Below are positions 14,495 to 23,330 of a stretch of 36,247 bases of DNA, piece by piece. Positions within the stretch are counted from its first letter, which is position 1. Each line of letters starts with the position of its first letter. The position numbers and the translations under genes are program-made. Where the stretch lies: positions 1 to 36,247 of IMG/VR virus record IMGVR_UViG_3300020045_003333; one strand, written 5' to 3'. Source of the DNA: a virus. Lineage: Duplodnaviria; Caudoviricetes. A model generated the notes under the pieces. That model searched no databases. It worked only from the letters and a program-made list of their open reading frames with translations, and had not been told where the DNA came from.

Positions 14495-16137
14495 TATCTT
14501 GGTTTTAAAAATCCGTTATTAGGCATATTTGTCGGTTTAACTGTGCTTAATGGTTCAGTACTTTTTGGAATTGATGTGTTTATCCCTAATCCTTTTAATT
14601 CTCTAACCATTTTTTGAGCCTGTTCTATTGTAATGTACTTGTTTGATTTCTTTAAATATACTTTTCTTTGCCAGAAATGATTACAATCCCCACCTCCTTT
14701 ATATTTCAGTATATCGTAAGTGTTTGCACCTTCTGGACCCCATCCCGGATTGACTGCTCTTGTGCTTGCTTTATCAATGTCCTCTTGTCTGAAAACCCTA
14801 CCTGCCGTTATCATCTTTTTGCAAAATTCTCTTTGTGGCGACAAACTACCAGCATATTCAAAACGAACTTTAAATATATCATTATCGATTTCGCTTGGAG
14901 CAAGTGGAATGTTTTCTGGAACGCTTGCAAAGTTTAACGGGACAGAATTTTCATCGTACCTTTCAACATCTATTAAATCATACTCGCTTAAATCCTCAAT
15001 CTCGCCAGCTTCAATAAATAAATCTAATTCAGTCTTTTTTTTTTCATCACTACTTAATTGAACTACTTGCTCACTTAATGGAATGAAATATAAATCTAAA
15101 CCGATATTATAAAAAGATAATACTTCCTCTAACGCTTCAATTATATAAGCCTGTTTTGGAGCAATAACTCGTTTCATTAATTGACCTTCTGCTTCGTCTA
15201 ATTCATTTGCATTATTACCCAAACCTCCCTCTGACATAATACCAAATAATTTAGGGCTAACAACTTTATGACCTGTCATTATTTGCTGTCTGCTTTCGCC
15301 TGTCAAATATTCCCATTGTTTGTGTTGTTGGTCATTAACAGGAAACGGTACGATAGTTACTTCAACATCTGAACCGTTAAACGACAAAACGAAAGACATA
15401 GCATTAGGAGAACCTGTTAATTTAGCTTTAATCTTTTGTTCAAATAAATCCCTTTCTTCTGGAGTCCAATTAATCCCGTTAGGAACATTAATTATATATC
15501 CTGCACTTAATCCTTTTTTAATAGAATTAATATAGAAGTTTGCTAATTCCTCCTCCATTTCAGCATAAGGTAAAGCACTCAAATAATCAGGGTCTGAAAA
15601 ATAGTTTTTCCCTGCCTTGTATGGTTTGATACAATAGATTTCAATATTCTCTTTTGAAGTACCAAATGCAGGATATTCAATAGGTGGATTTTTAGATAAA
15701 TTGCACCAGTCTTTTGAATACCAGTAACTCTCAATTTCTCCATCCTCATTCTCTAAAGCAGGTACAACTAACTGTTTTGGTATATGATAAATTGCACCTA
15801 AATCTTTACCGTTTTTTGCCTTTACAACCTGAAACGATGCTTCTCCGAATAACTCAAAATCTGATATAATTTTACGTGTTTCTTTTTTATTTAGAATAAC
15901 TGAAAAATTAATCCAAGCTGACAAGTTTTTATTTCTTACGCTTAACCCTTTTCCATAAATCAAATCTACATAACTTGAAATAATAGCTGCATTAGTTGGC
16001 GAACCATTAAAACGGTCAATTATATACTGATAAAATGAATTGTTACGCCCATTCAAAACCCAATTTTTAGATTTGTTTTCCTCTAATTTTGGTCTGACAT
16101 AGTTAGACAATTGTAATAATCTTATATCGTTACTCAT
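14494..16137 (-). CDS. Portal protein with C-terminal extra domain
   Basis: SPTNAAII, QIMTGHKVVSPKLFGI, VIAPKQ motifs; extra YKGGGDCNHFWQR domain. Confidence 0.8.
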   Translation of the reverse strand: MSNDIRLLQLSNYVRPKLEENKSKNWVLNGRNNSFYQYIIDRFNGSPTNAAIISSYVDLIYGKGLSVRNKNLSAWINFSVILNKKETRKIISDFELFGEASFQVVKAKNGKDLGAIYHIPKQLVVPALENEDGEIESYWYSKDWCNLSKNPPIEYPAFGTSKENIEIYCIKPYKAGKNYFSDPDYLSALPYAEMEEELANFYINSIKKGLSAGYIINVPNGINWTPEERDLFEQKIKAKLTGSPNAMSFVLSFNGSDVEVTIVPFPVNDQQHKQWEYLTGESRQQIMTGHKVVSPKLFGIMSEGGLGNNANELDEAEGQLMKRVIAPKQAYIIEALEEVLSFYNIGLDLYFIPLSEQVVQLSSDEKKKTELDLFIEAGEIEDLSEYDLIDVERYDENSVPLNFASVPENIPLAPSEIDNDIFKVRFEYAGSLSPQREFCKKMITAGRVFRQEDIDKASTRAVNPGWGPEGANTYDILKYKGGGDCNHFWQRKVYLKKSNKYITIEQAQKMVRELKGLGINTSIPKSTEPLSTVKPTNMPNNGFLKPR

Positions 16138-16435
16138 AATAGTATAATTCGTTTGATGCTTTAAATGTTTGCGTTTCTTGTGTAGTAGCCATTAGTTTAC
16201 CTCTATAGATAATCACATCGTTATCGGTTAATTTTATTTGAAACTTCTGACCGTCTATAAAATCATAATCAAAACTAACAATTAGATAACCGTCTGATAC
16301 AGAAAACAGATTAGTTACCGTTTCTGACACTTGTGTTTCTTCGTTGTATAAATCAAAAATTATTTCTTGCGGTATATCAAAACGATATATAATTTTTAAT
16401 TCGTGTGCTGTATCGTTTGGGTTTACAATGTTCAT
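16130..16435 (-). CDS. Hypothetical virion protein (possible head closure)
   Basis: ORF track; position in the morphogenesis module. Confidence 0.6.
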   Translation of the reverse strand: MNIVNPNDTAHELKIIYRFDIPQEIIFDLYNEETQVSETVTNLFSVSDGYLIVSFDYDFIDGQKFQIKLTDNDVIIYRGKLMATTQETQTFKASNELYYYE

Positions 16436-16439
16436 ATTA

Positions 16440-16467
16440 TTATAACTAAAAAAACCCTATTTTGTTT
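16440..16467 (-). promoter_or_regulatory. Putative late promoter AAACAAAA-N10-TTAGTTATAA (copy 1)
   Basis: Exact motif and spacing recur at 19531 and 28703; 4 nt before the ATG. Confidence 0.7.
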
Positions 16468-16482
16468 GTAAATAGGGTTTTT
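16450..16482 (-). terminator. Intrinsic terminator overlapping the late promoter
   Basis: AAAAACCCTATTT...AAATAGGGTTTTT inverted repeat after the tail tube gene. Confidence 0.7.
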
Positions 16483-16504
16483 AAAAAATAAAACTAATTA
16501 TTAA

Positions 16505-17014
16505 TTAAACCAAAGCTATAAATGCTGCTGCCGTTGCTGTATCTAATTTAGGGGATAAACTACCAGTAGTTGAAATACCAGTTAAAGTATATCCATTAAG
16601 TTCAGCTTTTGCTCCTCCTGTAGTTTGTGCTACAGTAAAATCAATACCATCATCAATACCTATTGCGTGGTAAATTCCATTACGGTCTTTTACAACTGCC
16701 ATAGGAAATCCGTAAGCTAATAGATTCATTTGCGCTCCTGTTGTAGCGTCAATCTTTTTCAAGACAATCGTAGTAGTTTGAGTATTTAAAGAAGTTCCTG
16801 TATTTCTATCTGGGACTAAACTCTCTGCTACATTGTTACCGTCGCCTTCGATTTCATACTCATAAACAGTAGTAAGCAAAGGATTTATTGCTGTTGCAAC
16901 TCCTGCAGTAACTGTAAACGGGTCTTCAACAAAGTTAAAAAGATACAACTTACCAAGACCTCCAAGATTTTGTTTACAGGCTCTTAATCTTCCTGCTGTA
17001 ATATCACAAGCCAT
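16505..17014 (-). CDS. Major tail tube protein
   Basis: MACDITAGR...CK..LGG motif typical of Bacteroidota siphovirus tube proteins; size. Confidence 0.7.
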   Translation of the reverse strand: MACDITAGRLRACKQNLGGLGKLYLFNFVEDPFTVTAGVATAINPLLTTVYEYEIEGDGNNVAESLVPDRNTGTSLNTQTTTIVLKKIDATTGAQMNLLAYGFPMAVVKDRNGIYHAIGIDDGIDFTVAQTTGGAKAELNGYTLTGISTTGSLSPKLDTATAAAFIALV

Positions 17015-17032
17015 ATTTTTATATTTTTATTA

Positions 17033-17054
17033 AAGGGGATAACTAAATCCCCTT
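17033..17054 (-). terminator. Hairpin after the capsid gene (weak terminator or mRNA stabiliser)
   Basis: AAGGGGAT-N6-ATCCCCTT. Confidence 0.5.
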
Positions 17055-17066
17055 AATTACTTTAAA

Positions 17067-17981
17067 CTATGCTATAGGTCTTGCCCAAACAATCTCTGCA
17101 CCGTTGTAGTATTGAACTCCAGCGTTGTAAACCATTGTGCCTCTTACTAATCCAGTTAACAAACCGATTTCGTCTTCATCTACAATTTTAACCTCATTGT
17201 GGTCAGCTACTAAACCTGTTCCAAAAATCAAATTTTTAGGTTCTGCAATTACTACCGTATCAATTGGCAAACCGTTGATTTCTTCAATTGTATATTTACC
17301 GAAAATTAGGTTAGTGTTTGCATCTCCACCCAAACCATTTGAAATACCTTTAGAGATTAACCAGAAGTTGTATGCTTGTGCTACGTTAGAAGATACTCCG
17401 ATTTTCAAAGTCTTTCTTCTGATAGCTACTGGTACTGCTGCTAACGCTTGTTTCAAAGCTGCTTCGACATTTGCTTCTGTAATAGTTGCAGCGAAATCTA
17501 CATCAATAACCTCTGCATCAGCTAACCATAATTTTAGGAATCCATCAAACTCGTCAGCATTTGTACCGTCCCCGTTCCAAATATTATCATCTAATTCCTC
17601 TGCTGTTTGAGCTAATTTTTCAACAGTAATTGCATCCATAATGTCTTTTGGTGCATTGTCATTGTGAGCAGATGCTCCCATTGATTCCTCAGACCATTGC
17701 GCTCTGAAATCTTCTTTACAAACTGAAAAATCATCTTTGAATTTTTTAGGCTCTAATACTTTTTCAGATAAAGTAATAGCACCCGACGGAACGTGTCCAC
17801 AAGTGTATTCTCTTTTACCTCCTGTTAATTCAATTTTACGTAAATTCAATTTGAAATTTACATTAGGGAATACCGTTACAAATCCTTTTGCAATAGTGTC
17901 AGCTTCTTTAAAAGCCTGCCCTATAATAGCACCCGCTTCTTTTCCTGCGTAGTTGCTTGTTACCGTTACTGTTGTTGCCAT
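17067..17981 (-). CDS. Major capsid protein
   Basis: 304 aa after the protease; IWNGD...FDGF and NLIFGTGL motifs of HK97-fold capsid proteins. Confidence 0.85.
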   Translation of the reverse strand: MATTVTVTSNYAGKEAGAIIGQAFKEADTIAKGFVTVFPNVNFKLNLRKIELTGGKREYTCGHVPSGAITLSEKVLEPKKFKDDFSVCKEDFRAQWSEESMGASAHNDNAPKDIMDAITVEKLAQTAEELDDNIWNGDGTNADEFDGFLKLWLADAEVIDVDFAATITEANVEAALKQALAAVPVAIRRKTLKIGVSSNVAQAYNFWLISKGISNGLGGDANTNLIFGKYTIEEINGLPIDTVVIAEPKNLIFGTGLVADHNEVKIVDEDEIGLLTGLVRGTMVYNAGVQYYNGAEIVWARPIA

Positions 17982-18007
17982 TTGTTATTTTTGTTTTTGT
18001 TTATTTA

Positions 18008-18421
18008 TTATACGAAAGTTATTGAACCTGCTAATGCACCTACGCCATTAACATAAAAATTTGTACCGTCAGAATAGATATCTATGTAATCTCCAACTGA
18101 TTCAGCCGTTGCTACAAATGCTATCGTTGTTTCTGCTGCTGCTGGTACTAATACACTGTTAACAATTGCACCACCTTGTATTACTGCTGTTGGAGCTACG
18201 ATTGTCCAGTTAGTAGTTGCAAATGCTAAACCTACTGTTATACGTGCTTTAAATCCTTCAATAGCTACAGAAGGCAAAGTTACTGCTGCACCTGCTGCTG
18301 CTGATAATGTAATATGTTTACCGCTATCAGAAGCCGTTAAAGTTGTAGCTGCTGAAATAGTTTTAATGTTAGCAGCGAAATCTTCTGCTCCATATACTAT
18401 ACTTGTTCTTGTAGTTGCCAT
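18008..18421 (-). CDS. Putative capsid decoration protein
   Basis: A/T/G-rich, TLTASDSGK...VTLP...SDGTNFYV; lies between protease and capsid genes. Confidence 0.55.
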   Translation of the reverse strand: MATTRTSIVYGAEDFAANIKTISAATTLTASDSGKHITLSAAAGAAVTLPSVAIEGFKARITVGLAFATTNWTIVAPTAVIQGGAIVNSVLVPAAAETTIAFVATAESVGDYIDIYSDGTNFYVNGVGALAGSITFV

Positions 18422-19521
18422 TATTTAACTGAATTTAAAGTGTTAAATATTCTTTCTTTAGCTGTCATTTTAGAAAAGTCAACTTGTACAGGCGTGCTTT
18501 TAATTGGCTTGCTCGCTGGTTGTTTACCCATTTCAATTACTTGAGCTTCTAATTCAGCTATTTTAGTTTCTTGAGCCGTGTATTTAATCAAAATTGATTT
18601 AATAGCACTTTCAATTTCACTTGCAATTTTAGCATCGTTAGATACTTTACCGTCTTGCTCTGGTGCTGTTGCATCAACTGGAGCAGTTTCTTCTTTAACT
18701 TCTGCTGGTTTGATTTCTTTTGCAATACCTTCTTGCTCTACAACTAAAGTAGTACCGTCTTCTAAAGGATGTTCTCCAACTGGAACAGGTACTTTTGTAC
18801 CGTCTTCTGCTGTTACCCAAACGGATAAACCTTCGCTTAACATTTCGCCATCCCATTCAATTTTCAGCGAACCATCGGCAAGCATCATAGAACCTAATTG
18901 CGTTTCAATATCTTCTTTTTTAGAAGGTGTCAATGCAAAAAGTATCTTTTCCAATAACGTGTTTGTGTTACTCATTTCTATATTTGATTTTAAATTTACT
19001 TCTTCTAATGAAAGCATAGCATCTATACTAAAGCCTTGCACTTTACCTGTTTTTACATAGTTGTTCCAAATTTCATCATCATCAATTTTGGCGATACTCA
19101 TCCAACTTTCTTTTTTAGGACTTAATCCAAACGCTAAAGAAGTATCCATTTTTTCATCTCTCACTAACCAATTTTCAACAAATGTAACCCCCTGTGTTTT
19201 TTGTTTAATATCGTGTTCAATAGTTGAGTTTGAATTATTTTGATTTTGTGTGAAAGCATAACATAAATCTTTTATAGTTTCTGCACTAAATCTAATATTA
19301 AACTCCTCTCCGTTTTGATTTCTATAAATGTCTTTATTAGGTTCTAAAACTAAACCTACAACTATTCTCTTTTCTTCGTCAACCGTTTTTAGTTGTACTG
19401 CTTCATCTTTTGCTAACGCAATAAATAAACCCTCCATTGCTGGATTTTCAACTAAAGAAATTCCATAAACTCCTTTATTCTTTAACGGGTCATATTTAGC
19501 TTCGTAAGTTTTCATAGACAT
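18421..19521 (-). CDS. Prohead protease (XkdF-like) with scaffold C-terminus
   Basis: ISLVENPAM, STIEH, GKVQGFSID motifs; acidic/coiled-coil tail. Confidence 0.8.
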   Translation of the reverse strand: MSMKTYEAKYDPLKNKGVYGISLVENPAMEGLFIALAKDEAVQLKTVDEEKRIVVGLVLEPNKDIYRNQNGEEFNIRFSAETIKDLCYAFTQNQNNSNSTIEHDIKQKTQGVTFVENWLVRDEKMDTSLAFGLSPKKESWMSIAKIDDDEIWNNYVKTGKVQGFSIDAMLSLEEVNLKSNIEMSNTNTLLEKILFALTPSKKEDIETQLGSMMLADGSLKIEWDGEMLSEGLSVWVTAEDGTKVPVPVGEHPLEDGTTLVVEQEGIAKEIKPAEVKEETAPVDATAPEQDGKVSNDAKIASEIESAIKSILIKYTAQETKIAELEAQVIEMGKQPASKPIKSTPVQVDFSKMTAKERIFNTLNSVK

Positions 19522-19530
19522 TCTTTAATG

Positions 19531-19558
19531 TTATAACTAATTTTTATTTATTTTGTTT
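19531..19558 (-). promoter_or_regulatory. Putative late promoter (copy 2)
   Basis: AAACAAAA-TAAATAAAAA-TTAGTTATAA, 9 nt before the ATG. Confidence 0.7.
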
Positions 19559-19587
19559 TGTTTTTGTAAATGTTATTTATATATTTG
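19557..19587 (+). promoter_or_regulatory. Bacteroidota sigma70 promoter TTTG-N19-TATATTTG for the moron
   Basis: Perfect consensus and spacing. Confidence 0.75.
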
Positions 19588-19628
19588 CTACGTTGAAAGT
19601 CGGAAGTCAACAACTAAAAATATATATT

Positions 19629-19672
19629 AAGACTCTTTAGAACTGCCGACTCAGTTTTATTGGGTCTTTTTT
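19629..19672 (+). terminator. Leader terminator-like hairpin (attenuator candidate)
   Basis: AAGACTC..AGAACTG-CCGACT-CAGTTTT..GGGTCTT followed by a T run. Confidence 0.55.
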
Positions 19673-19685
19673 AATTTAATTAATT

Positions 19686-19889
19686 ATGAATTTAAAAAAA
19701 CAAATACAAGTTGCCCTTAATAGTTGCGAGCCTAATGTAGATAGGGTAAAAAAGATTGAAGAAATATCAAATAATTATGCTATTGAAGTTATGGAATGGT
19801 ATAGACTTAAATGTATTGTTTCAAATTTTGATATGTATATGAGTGCTGCAAAAGCGTTAAGAATGTATAAACAAGAAAAGAACTTTTAA
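19686..19889 (+). CDS. Hypothetical moron protein
   Basis: ORF track. Confidence 0.65.
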   Translation: MNLKKQIQVALNSCEPNVDRVKKIEEISNNYAIEVMEWYRLKCIVSNFDMYMSAAKALRMYKQEKNF

Positions 19890-19900
19890 TTTATTATATT

Positions 19901-20275
19901 ATGACAAAGGAAGAAAAAATAAAAGAGAATAAGAGGAATTGGTATCATAGGAATAAAGAAAAAGTAAACGCAAAGAAAAAAGATTATGCTAAAAAATGGT
20001 ACATAAAAAGTAAAGAAAGATTAAAAGTAAAAAATGGAATAAATAAAGATAGAATATCTGAATGGCATAAACAAAACTATTCTTTAAATAAAGAATCACT
20101 GATACTAAATTCTAAATTAAAACAAAAGCAATACATAGAAAACTTAAATGATGTGTATGTAAAAAACCTTTTAAAAAATTTAGGTTTTAAATCGGAACAA
20201 ATAACACCTGAATTAATAGAATTAAAACGTATAACATTAAAAACCGAAAGACTATGTCTCCAATTGAAAAACTAA
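19901..20275 (+). CDS. Basic repeat protein (WY.xNKE repeats; ITPELIELKR)
   Basis: Repeats resemble N-termini of phage HNH-associated proteins, but there is no nuclease motif. Confidence 0.65.
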   Translation: MTKEEKIKENKRNWYHRNKEKVNAKKKDYAKKWYIKSKERLKVKNGINKDRISEWHKQNYSLNKESLILNSKLKQKQYIENLNDVYVKNLLKNLGFKSEQITPELIELKRITLKTERLCLQLKN

Positions 20276-20430
20276 TAAAAAAAACACTTGATAACTATGA
20301 AAAAATAGAATCAGGAGAGCGTTCACTCGCAAAAGGGAAAGTATTAAATGAATCTGCAAATATTGTGATTAGATTAGCTTTATTGCAATTACAACAATGT
20401 CCAACTAATAAAATAAAAGCCTCTAATTAA
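20254..20430 (+). CDS. Hypothetical 58-aa protein (MSPIEKLIKKTLDNYEKIESGE...)
   Basis: Hand-translated; ends in the terminator loop. Confidence 0.55.
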   Translation: MSPIEKLIKKTLDNYEKIESGERSLAKGKVLNESANIVIRLALLQLQQCPTNKIKASN

Positions 20431-20441
20431 AGAGGCTTTTT
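20415..20441. terminator. Bidirectional intrinsic terminator
   Basis: AAAAGCCTCT-AATTAA-AGAGGCTTTT between convergent genes. Confidence 0.85.
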
Positions 20442-20446
20442 CTATT

Positions 20447-21952
20447 CTACAAACTCGCTGAACTCACAATATTTCTGTCCATACTTTGACCTGTACTTAC
20501 ATCTGTTGGTACAACATAAGCCTTCACTACTGGTTGAGTGCTTAAACTTTCTGCTATCTGATTTCGTCCTGTTCCCTGAACTAAATTAAAACTCGGAGCT
20601 TGTGGTACTGAACCGCCTGCACTTGGAGCAGAACCACCGCCCTGTTCGTTTGTTGCTAATATTTTCTTTACGTTAATAAAACCCATAACTCCAATAGCTG
20701 CTGCACTTGCTATTTTTAAGGCTGTTCCAAAAGGTTCAGGTACTACCGATTGTGCTGAAAGTGCTGCGGTAATCCCTTGATATGTATTCATTGTAGCTTG
20801 CGCCACCGCAACCCCTTTAGCTAACTTACTTCCTTTTTTAGCAAGCATCCCTACTAAATCAAAAACAGAATTAGCTAATTCAACTTTAGATTGCGCTACA
20901 AGTTCCTCATCTCTTATCTTTTGGTCTGTTATTTTTTTTCCTTCATCATACTCCGCTTGTATAGCTGCCATTCTATTAGCACCGTCAGCCTGTTCTTTTT
21001 CTGCTTTTTTTTCGTTTCTGACTTCATCAACTGCTGCCAATTCTTCTTCTGTTGTTTTAGCTTGCTCTGCTAATACCCTTTCTTCCTCGGCTTTATCCTC
21101 GGCTTTTTTCTTGTCCTCTGCTGCTTTCTTTTTAGCTGCTTCTTCGTCTTTTTCTTTTTGTCTTTCTGCTTCTTCGTCTAATTTATCCTGCTTATCTTTT
21201 CTTACTTTCGCTAAATCTTCATTATGCTTTTCGTCAATAGCTAACAATTCTCTATTAAGTCTTTTTGCTAATGCTACTTGGTCTGCACCCTCCTCTTTTA
21301 TAGCTTCTAAATATCTATTCTTTGCATCTATTTTTTGCTTAGTATATTCATTTAAAATATCCCCCTGCTCACTTACAAATTTTTTATTCATAGCCAAAGA
21401 CTTATCGGCTTGCGCTGTAAGTTCTGCTAATGCTCTCTCTGCTTCCGAAGTAACCCCTATAAAGTCAGTAATGTTTTCAACTATACCGCCAATAAAATCC
21501 CCAACCATTGCAAGACCGGGAACAAGATTTAAAACCGCTTTTTTTACTTTGTCAAAATTAGCAACCAACAACCCTAAACCGATAACTATTAAACCAATTC
21601 CTGTTGCAGCTAAAGCAATTCTAAAGGCTTTCATTGCGCCTGTTGACGTGCCTACAACTGTTGTTGCTATAGATTGTTGTATTGCTGCTGCTTTTTGAGA
21701 TTTAGTAAATAACCAAGATGCTTCAACTGCATCCTTAACAGTCATAGCTAAGCCGCCTGTAGCATCGTTTAACAAACCCATTGCGCCCCCATTATCCAAA
21801 ACAGATTGAGAACTATCTCCCATCGATTTAGATAAAGACCGTTGTTGGTCTTCTAAACTTTCTACAGAAGTTTCAAGTTTATTGACTTTTTTGTTAACTT
21901 CGTCAAGCCCTGTTTCTTTAACTACTATATTTATCTCTTTTGTAATAGCCAT
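20447..21952 (-). CDS. Tape measure protein (short)
   Basis: Ala-rich helical, ALAATGIGLIVIGLG hydrophobic stretch, long coiled coil. Confidence 0.8.
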   Translation of the reverse strand: MAITKEINIVVKETGLDEVNKKVNKLETSVESLEDQQRSLSKSMGDSSQSVLDNGGAMGLLNDATGGLAMTVKDAVEASWLFTKSQKAAAIQQSIATTVVGTSTGAMKAFRIALAATGIGLIVIGLGLLVANFDKVKKAVLNLVPGLAMVGDFIGGIVENITDFIGVTSEAERALAELTAQADKSLAMNKKFVSEQGDILNEYTKQKIDAKNRYLEAIKEEGADQVALAKRLNRELLAIDEKHNEDLAKVRKDKQDKLDEEAERQKEKDEEAAKKKAAEDKKKAEDKAEEERVLAEQAKTTEEELAAVDEVRNEKKAEKEQADGANRMAAIQAEYDEGKKITDQKIRDEELVAQSKVELANSVFDLVGMLAKKGSKLAKGVAVAQATMNTYQGITAALSAQSVVPEPFGTALKIASAAAIGVMGFINVKKILATNEQGGGSAPSAGGSVPQAPSFNLVQGTGRNQIAESLSTQPVVKAYVVPTDVSTGQSMDRNIVSSASL

Positions 21953-22068
21953 CTTTTTATTTTTCTAAAGTAGTTATCTAATTCATTTTTACCTTTGGCA
22001 ATTTCTGTGAACTTCCCAGCACCCATAAAATGATGAGATTGTAAGAGTGTTATAATTTCAGTTATCAT
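21931..22068 (-). CDS. Small protein, 45 aa (MITEIITLLQSHHFMGAGKFTEIAKGKNEL...)
   Basis: Hand-translated; fills the gap and overlaps the tape measure start. Confidence 0.6.
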   Translation of the reverse strand: MITEIITLLQSHHFMGAGKFTEIAKGKNELDNYFRKIKRWLLQKR

Positions 22069-22070
22069 AA

Positions 22071-23330
22071 TTATCTTATTTCAGTTACCATAAAATTCAT
22101 ATCCGTAATAACAATATTATTTGCTGCCGTTGTATTCATTACGTGTACTTCTAAATAATTCCCGTCTGCGTGCTGAACTATATCATGTATAACTACATTC
22201 TCGGCATTACCCCCAGAGTTAGCAGTATTTTTAATTTGTGATGCTGTTCTAATTGTTCCTAACTCACTATCATAAAAACCAAACTTGCAAACATTTGATG
22301 CAGATGTAGTAAATGATAAAGTACATTGTACTAAATATTTTCTTTCTATTGTTGCATCACAGGTTAATCTGTTATCTGAATGTAAGTATCTTGAATTGTC
22401 TGCGCCTGCCGTTGTAGTTCCTGCTGCTTTATAATATACGTTTGCAACCGCTATTGTTGTTGCTGTTGCGTTATTAATCATATACGCCTGACCTGATACT
22501 GATGTATTAGTTATTCCGACACAAGCGAAAAAGAATGATTTATTTGATGTATGGTCAACACCTACTAAATATGTTCCTGCACCTGTGAAGTTAACGCTAT
22601 CTAAGATATATGACTCATCAGGTATTGAAGTAGAAACATTGAAGTTAATTCCAAAACTTGTAGAAGGAACTATAAAAGCTGAAAAAGTAGAACGAAATCT
22701 TCTTGTTATTATCGCTGCTGCATCAACTATAATTCCTGTTTGCCCTGTTGCTACTGATAACAAACAGTTTTGAAATGACAATGTACCGATTGTTCCGCTA
22801 CCTATTGTAAGTGCAGATGTATTTATAAAAGAACAACTATCAAATATGATTGAAGCGTAATCTGTTACGTTTGAAAATCCATTAAAAAATGCACAATTAT
22901 TGATATATAAATTATCTGTTGCTGGCGTTCCGTTAAATGAAAATATTGTGCCTGTATGATTAAACGAAATATCTCTTATATTTACAGATGTTGTAGATGT
23001 TATCATTGCAGGCGCACCCAATCCAGTGCTGCTAATACTTACCGTATTGCTCGATGTGCCTGCTATTACCGTTCCTGATTGTATCAAAAGAGAATCCCCT
23101 AATAAATCAATATCGGTAGTGAAGTAGTAAGCTGTATCTGGCAATAAAGTAATAACGTCAGCAACTGGAGTCGGCAGGTCTGCAAGTGTTTTTACCACTA
23201 CAAAATAACCGCTAATTACTTTGTCATATATCTCTGTGAAGTTATCATTAATCATATCTCCACCAGACTGCAATGGAGTACCTGTTCCATCGTTGGCAAT
23301 TGCCCCTAATAATATTGTTTGTTTAGCCAT
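22071..23330 (-). CDS. Tail fibre/spike
   Basis: N-terminal NDGTG.PL...GDMINDNFTEIY motif (T4 gp9/gp10-like), beta-helix-like middle. Confidence 0.7.
   Translation of the reverse strand: MAKQTILLGAIANDGTGTPLQSGGDMINDNFTEIYDKVISGYFVVVKTLADLPTPVADVITLLPDTAYYFTTDIDLLGDSLLIQSGTVIAGTSSNTVSISSTGLGAPAMITSTTSVNIRDISFNHTGTIFSFNGTPATDNLYINNCAFFNGFSNVTDYASIIFDSCSFINTSALTIGSGTIGTLSFQNCLLSVATGQTGIIVDAAAIITRRFRSTFSAFIVPSTSFGINFNVSTSIPDESYILDSVNFTGAGTYLVGVDHTSNKSFFFACVGITNTSVSGQAYMINNATATTIAVANVYYKAAGTTTAGADNSRYLHSDNRLTCDATIERKYLVQCTLSFTTSASNVCKFGFYDSELGTIRTASQIKNTANSGGNAENVVIHDIVQHADGNYLEVHVMNTTAANNIVITDMNFMVTEIR

Noticed and set aside
17041-17050. TTAGTTAT in the hairpin loop after the capsid gene as a fourth late promoter
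   Set aside because: Lacks the AAACAAAA element at 10-nt spacing
12185-23330. Diversity-generating retroelement targeting the fibres
   Set aside because: No reverse transcriptase ORF and no template/variable repeat pair noticed
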